Below, one piece after another: positions 59,294 to 64,000 of a stretch of DNA of 64,000 nucleotides. The number at the start of each line of letters is the position of its first letter. The first letter of the stretch is position 1. The DNA lies in contig NC_058136.1 in assembly GCF_016433145.1 (NCBI RefSeq), forward strand, positions 70,953,779-71,017,778, read 5' to 3'. The position numbers were made by a program, and so were the translations under genes. This DNA comes from Gracilinanus agilis (Eukaryota). Under the pieces are notes generated by a model. That model saw only the letters and a program-made list of their open reading frames with translations. It was not told the origin of the DNA and made no database searches.

Positions 59294-60798
59294 CTGCCCT
59301 GCCCCACCTATTTCCTGTCCAAGATTCCCCAGGCCAGGGGGAGAGGGGTGCCACTGCCACCACCACTGCCATCAAGCTCCCCTGGGCAGCATTGACTGCC
59401 CCTCCCGGGCCAGGGTCAGAGACCCCATCTCGGCCCTACTCCTTGGTTTCAGGTGGGGAAACTGAGGCCTAGACAGGGCAAAGGATAGAAACAGGGTAAG
59501 AAGTCAGTCCCCCACCTGGACTCCATTTTCTCTAGCATCCCCGCCCCCGGCCCCAAGGTACCGGCACACACAGAGGAGCCTGGGAGGCTCACCCCCTGGG
59601 TCTCCTCTCTGGCTCTGGGACTGCTATCAAGCTGAGGTGGCTACCCCACAGCTAATGATGGGAAGAAGGTGTGGTTGGCAGGGGCTGGGGTTGATTCCCC
59701 CTAAGGGAATTAGCTTCCTTCTGGGGGGGGGAAGAATTTCAGCTTTCCCAGAATGGACCCAGGCCCCCTCCCTTGCCCTGATTTGCTTTCCTGTGTCATT
59801 CCTGCCTCTTTGGCCCTCCCCTCCCCCTCAGAAAAGTTAGGAGCTCAGCCAAGGGGGTGGTAAGGAAGAAGAGAGAGGAAGGCCCCGCTCCCTAGGCCAG
59901 AGGAGGCCAGTAACTTGTAGCCATGGCTGTGCACAGCCTTGTCCTCACTGGCCCTTTAAGCAGACTGCTTCCTCTCCACTCGCTGAGTCTGGGAGGGGCC
60001 CATTTTCATTTCATTCTAGGAGATGGAGGGGACCTGGCATCAGTTTCCAGCTCCGGGACCTACTCGTCCTGTCCCCTCCCTTGGAGCTCAGCCTCCTTCT
60101 CGGGGAAAACACTTGTTCTGAAGCTGTGATCCTGGCAGGTCACTTCATTCCTTGCGCCTCAGTTTCCTCCACTGTAAAAGAGGGGGCTGGGCTTCAGTGG
60201 CTTTTAGGCCTTTAGTACGTCCATCCTGTGACCCTCTGGTGATCCAGCCTTAGCATAGAGACCCGTGAGGGAGAACCCCCCTCCTCGTCCTGGCCAACTA
60301 TTGGTGACCCCGTGGATCATAGTGTCCTTGGGGTTTCCTTGGCAAGGACACAGGAGCCGTTGACCATTTCCTCCTGCAGTGGGTTAAGGCGAACAGAGGT
60401 TAAGTCACTTGCCTAGGAACACATGTTGCTAATAAGTGTCTGAAGCCAGATTTGAACTCGGGTCTTCCTAATCCAGAGCCATCGAGCTGCCTCAAAGAAG
60501 GACATCCTCATGAGACACACATACAGCTCCAAAATACTCAACTGGGAGACTGAGGTGGGAGAGAGACAAAGCTGGATGGGGAACAACCCCACCCCGGAGA
60601 CCCTCAGGAGCCAGCCTGGAGCTTCTGAGTCATCTTTGACAAGGCTCTTCTCTATGGCCTCCATGACCTATCATTGCCATATGCTACACATTGCTATATA
60701 CTCTGTTGTCGGTCCTTGTGGTGGCACTCCCCTGCCTAGATGGCTTCCGAGTCTAGACCCCTTTGAGCAGTTGGAATTGCTAAGAAATGCTGGAAACA

Positions 60799-61000
60799 GG
60801 GCAGCTGGGTGGCTCAGTTGGTAGAGAGCCAGGCCTCGAGATGGGGGTCCTGGGTTCCAATCTGGCCTCAGACACTTCCCAGCTGGGTGACCCTGGATGA
60901 GTCACTTGACCCCCATCGCCTAGCCCTTACTGCTCTTCTGCCTTGGAGCCAATACACAGTATTGATTCTAAGATAGAAGATGAGGGTTTAAAAAGAAAAA
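60799..61000 (+). mobile_element. SINE1_Mdo-like SINE
   Basis: Full head, core and A-rich tail; approximate TSD AAGAAATGC. Confidence 0.85.
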
Positions 61001-61131
61001 AGAAATGCAGAAAAGAAAATGAGCCTTCCTAGAAGGCAAGAACAACTTGGTGAGACTAGTGAACAGAGACAGCCATTTATCTCAGATTTACACCACCAGA
61101 GTAACCGACAGGGTCCAGATGTGGCTTGCAT

Positions 61132-61314
61132 GTTTTTTTAAACCCTTAACTTCTGTGTATTGGCTCCTTGGTGGAAGATTGGTAAGGGTGGGCCATGGGG
61201 GTCAAGTGACTTGCCCAGGGTCACACAGCTGGGAAGTGGCTGAGGCCGGATTTGAACCTAGGACCTCCTGTCTCTAGGCCTGACTCTCACTCCACTGAGC
61301 TACCCAGCTGCCCC
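61132..61314 (-). mobile_element. SINE1_Mdo-like SINE with TSD
   Basis: Ends in CAGCTGCCCC; TSD TGGCTTGCAT at 61122-61131 and 61315-61324. Confidence 0.85.
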
Positions 61315-62069
61315 TGGCTTGCATTTTTTGTAGTTCTTTTCACTGCGGCATCATCCTGGCGAGAAGTGACGTGCTTCCAGGAAGCATCCCCTGTAGGGCA
61401 GCCAGAGCTTAAGTGACCGACCTGACTAGGGTCATCCAGCTAGTAAGGGTCTGAGATCGAATTTGAACTCGGATCTTCCTGATTCCAGGCCCAGTGCTCT
61501 CTTACCTAGCTGCCTCAATGACATTTCCATGATGATCAACATGTGCTGGGTTGGGCCTGAGATTAGACCATAAGTCTTCGGGTGTGTCTTCTGTGTTTCT
61601 TTCACCTGAGATCATTCTAAGAAATGGACATTTCTAGCCCTGGCTGTACCCTTGTGAGTTTGAGAGATGGTTAGGTTCAGAGTCATTGCTGGCGTATTGT
61701 TTTCCTAGTTCTGCTTACTTCACACCGGATCAGTTCAGATAAGTCTTCTCATGTTCTTATGTTTGAATTCTTTATATTTATCATTTTCTAACGTCCATTA
61801 TATTCTCGCACCCCGATTTGTCTAGTCATTGTCCAACCATTAGGCATTTACTTTCTTTTAATCGATGAATCCATTAACAAGAATTTATTAAGAATCTATA
61901 TGACCTGAAATGAATAACATGGAAATAGATATCAAGTGATAATACATGCGTAACCCAGTGGAATTGCTCGTCGGCTCAGGTTGGGGAGAGGGAAGAGGGG
62001 AGAGAGACAACACGAATCATGTAACCATGGGCAAAAAAATCATTAAATTAATTAATTTTAAAAAAGAAT

Positions 62070-63085
62070 CTGTGTGACCCTAGGCAAGTCATTTCACCCT
62101 GTTTTCCTCACTTTCCTTATCTGTCAAATTAGCTGGAAAAGGAAATGGCAAACGGCTCCAGTATCTCTGCCAAGAGAACCCCAAATAGGGTCATGGAGAG
62201 TTGGACACAAATGAAAAAAAATGGCTGAATGACAGCAGCGATGTGTCAGGCACTGTACTAGGCACTGGTAACTCATAGACAAAAGTGTCCTCAGGGAACT
62301 TACATCTATTGGAAGAGACGACATATACGTATATGTCAAATAATCACAAGGTGATTGGGTGCCAGGGGGAGGATAGTAGCAGTTGAGGTGAGGAAAAGCA
62401 AAGAAGGTGGAGACCAACGAACTGAGTTTTGAAGGAAAGAAGGGATTCTAAGAGGTGGAGAGGAGAAAGGAGTGTGGACTGTTCTAGGTAGGGGGGAGGC
62501 GGTCTGCAGAGGCTTGGGCCTGGAACAGCCTCTGCTGCGAGCATAATAGAGATTCAGTTAGGGAGGAGTTATCTGGTGGCTGTGAGAACCCAGCTGAGAT
62601 TAGATAACGATTTATGGCTGTTCTCATGATTTCCTCCTGTTCCATTGAGCAGCATGTGAGTAGAAAAGAAGGAGGCAGATGGTGTAGGGTTGTGGTTTGG
62701 TGAGGCATGAGCAGCAGTGGGACAAAGAGAAAACGGATCCGAGAGTAGATGACAGCAATGTTGAACCAAGTAACTAGTGGGTGAGGAGACAGAGAAGAAA
62801 GCCAAGTGAAGCCAAGAGCCGGGAAAGTACTGGGGGTGGGCTGAGAGTGGGGAGGCTGGCAGTCATGAAGGGGACAAAGAATAGATTCAGGCTGGGTGAG
62901 GCACAGGGAAAGATGGAATGATAGGAGATTATGATGGGATAGAGAAATTTCAGAATTCTTGATCATGAAAGTGGAACGTAATGAGGAGATGGAGAGATCC
63001 AGGCTTTCCCTGTGTGACTGAGGTGGAGTAAAGGCATAGGTCGTGGGAGTTTGGTAGACTGAGGAACTTGGAGGCTAGAGTGCTT
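62070..63085. mobile_element. MAR1-like SINE (~62070-62230, +) followed by degraded L2 (-)
   Basis: tgtgtgaccctaggcaagtc...ggaaatggcaaac...ccaagagaacccc; then antisense L2-type text. Confidence 0.6.
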
Positions 63086-63089
63086 GAGG

Positions 63090-64000
63090 AAACACCGATG
63101 TGAATGCCCAAATATTCTAGTATACGAGCAGGAGTATGGGTAGACAGGAAGATTGGGGAATGGCTGAACAAACTGTGGTCTGTGATGGTGATGGAATACT
63201 ATTGTGCTGTAAGGAATGATGAATTGCTTGATTTCTATAAGAACTGGAAAGACCTCCATGAACTGATGCAGAGTGAAAGGAGCAGAACCAGGAGAACTTG
63301 TACACAGAGATGGATACACTGTGGGATGATCAGAGGTAATTGACTTTGCTACTAATAGCAATGCAGTGATCCAGGACAATCCCAAGGGACTTATGAGAAA
63401 GATGCTATCCACATCCAGAGAAAGAACCGTGGGAGTAGATACACAGAAGAAAAACATACAATTTATCACTTGTTTATATGGGCATATAGGATTTCGGGTT
63501 TTGGTTTTAAAAGATTACCCTAGTACAAAAATGAATAATGTGGAAATAGAGTTTGAGCCATAATACATGTACAGTTGTCCCTTGTTATATTGTGGTTCAC
63601 TTATCCTGGCTTCACCTTATTGCAGGTTTTTTAAAAAAAATTTAGTTCTGTATCACTTTTTACTATATCGTGAGATTTTGCAGATGAATACCGTACGGTA
63701 ACAATGGAAATGCAGTATGCCACTACCACTTGCTCAAGTTTGCCAACGTGAGCTTGTACATGGAACACTATTGGCTGATGAAAGGCGACCAACCACAGTG
63801 CTGTGTTCTGTATCCTGGGTTCTGACTGGCTCAGTGATTGTAGCATCGGGTCTGTCTACTTTCCTGCTACTTCTCAGCTTTTCACCTACCACAGTGGGTA
63901 GGGTGGGGGGTGGGGGGTTGTATGGAACGTAACTCCCTCGATAGATGAGGGATCACTGTATAATAAGCCAGTGGAATTGCTTGTCAGCTGCAGAAGAGGG
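63090..64000 (+). mobile_element. L1 3' fragment (ORF2 C-terminus plus 3' UTR), interrupted by a DNA transposon
   Basis: Translation KIGEWLNKLWSVMVMEYYCAVRNDE...WKDLHELMQSERSRTRRT matches the L1 ORF2 end. Confidence 0.85.
63572..63958. mobile_element. Tc1/mariner-superfamily (pogo/Tigger-like) non-autonomous element inserted in an L1 3' end
   Basis: TA at 63570-63571 and 63959-63960; imperfect TIRs CAGTTGTCCCT... / ...AGGGATCACTG; the L1 3' UTR text resumes after it. Confidence 0.7.

Noticed and set aside
59031-64000. Possible L1CAM 5' exons beyond AVPR2
   Set aside because: No L1CAM coding sequence is recognisable; the region is dominated by SINE, L1, L2 and DNA-transposon remnants.

Overview
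Vertebrate genomic DNA from a marsupial, probably a didelphid opossum (SINE1_Mdo-like SINEs, MAR1/MIR, marsupial L1 3' ends). It is orthologous to the human Xq28 block HCFC1-(RENBP-NAA10)-ARHGAP4-AVPR2. I reconstructed three genes exon by exon from GT-AG splice sites and frame continuity. HCFC1 is complete (+, 26 coding exons, 6615 nt, 2204 aa). ARHGAP4 is 5'-truncated (+, last 15 exons; the start is lost at a 500-N gap, and RENBP and NAA10 are not visible). AVPR2 is complete (-, 3 exons, 356 aa). Main unusual observations: (1) an expanded OGT-cleaved HCF-1 PRO-repeat region, including a 16-aa Thr-rich motif present twice with 10 synonymous and 0 non-synonymous differences; (2) a coding (DKKWDx)n repeat in the ARHGAP4 tail; (3) a ~6.8 kb TG-rich array with a ~140-155 bp higher-order period between ARHGAP4 and AVPR2; (4) a 10-His tract in HCF-1; (5) an AVPR2 with C7.47F and a shortened ICL3; (6) a hAT MITE of a type associated with horizontal transfer. 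Human comparisons and repeat family names come from recalled sequences and need confirming by alignment.
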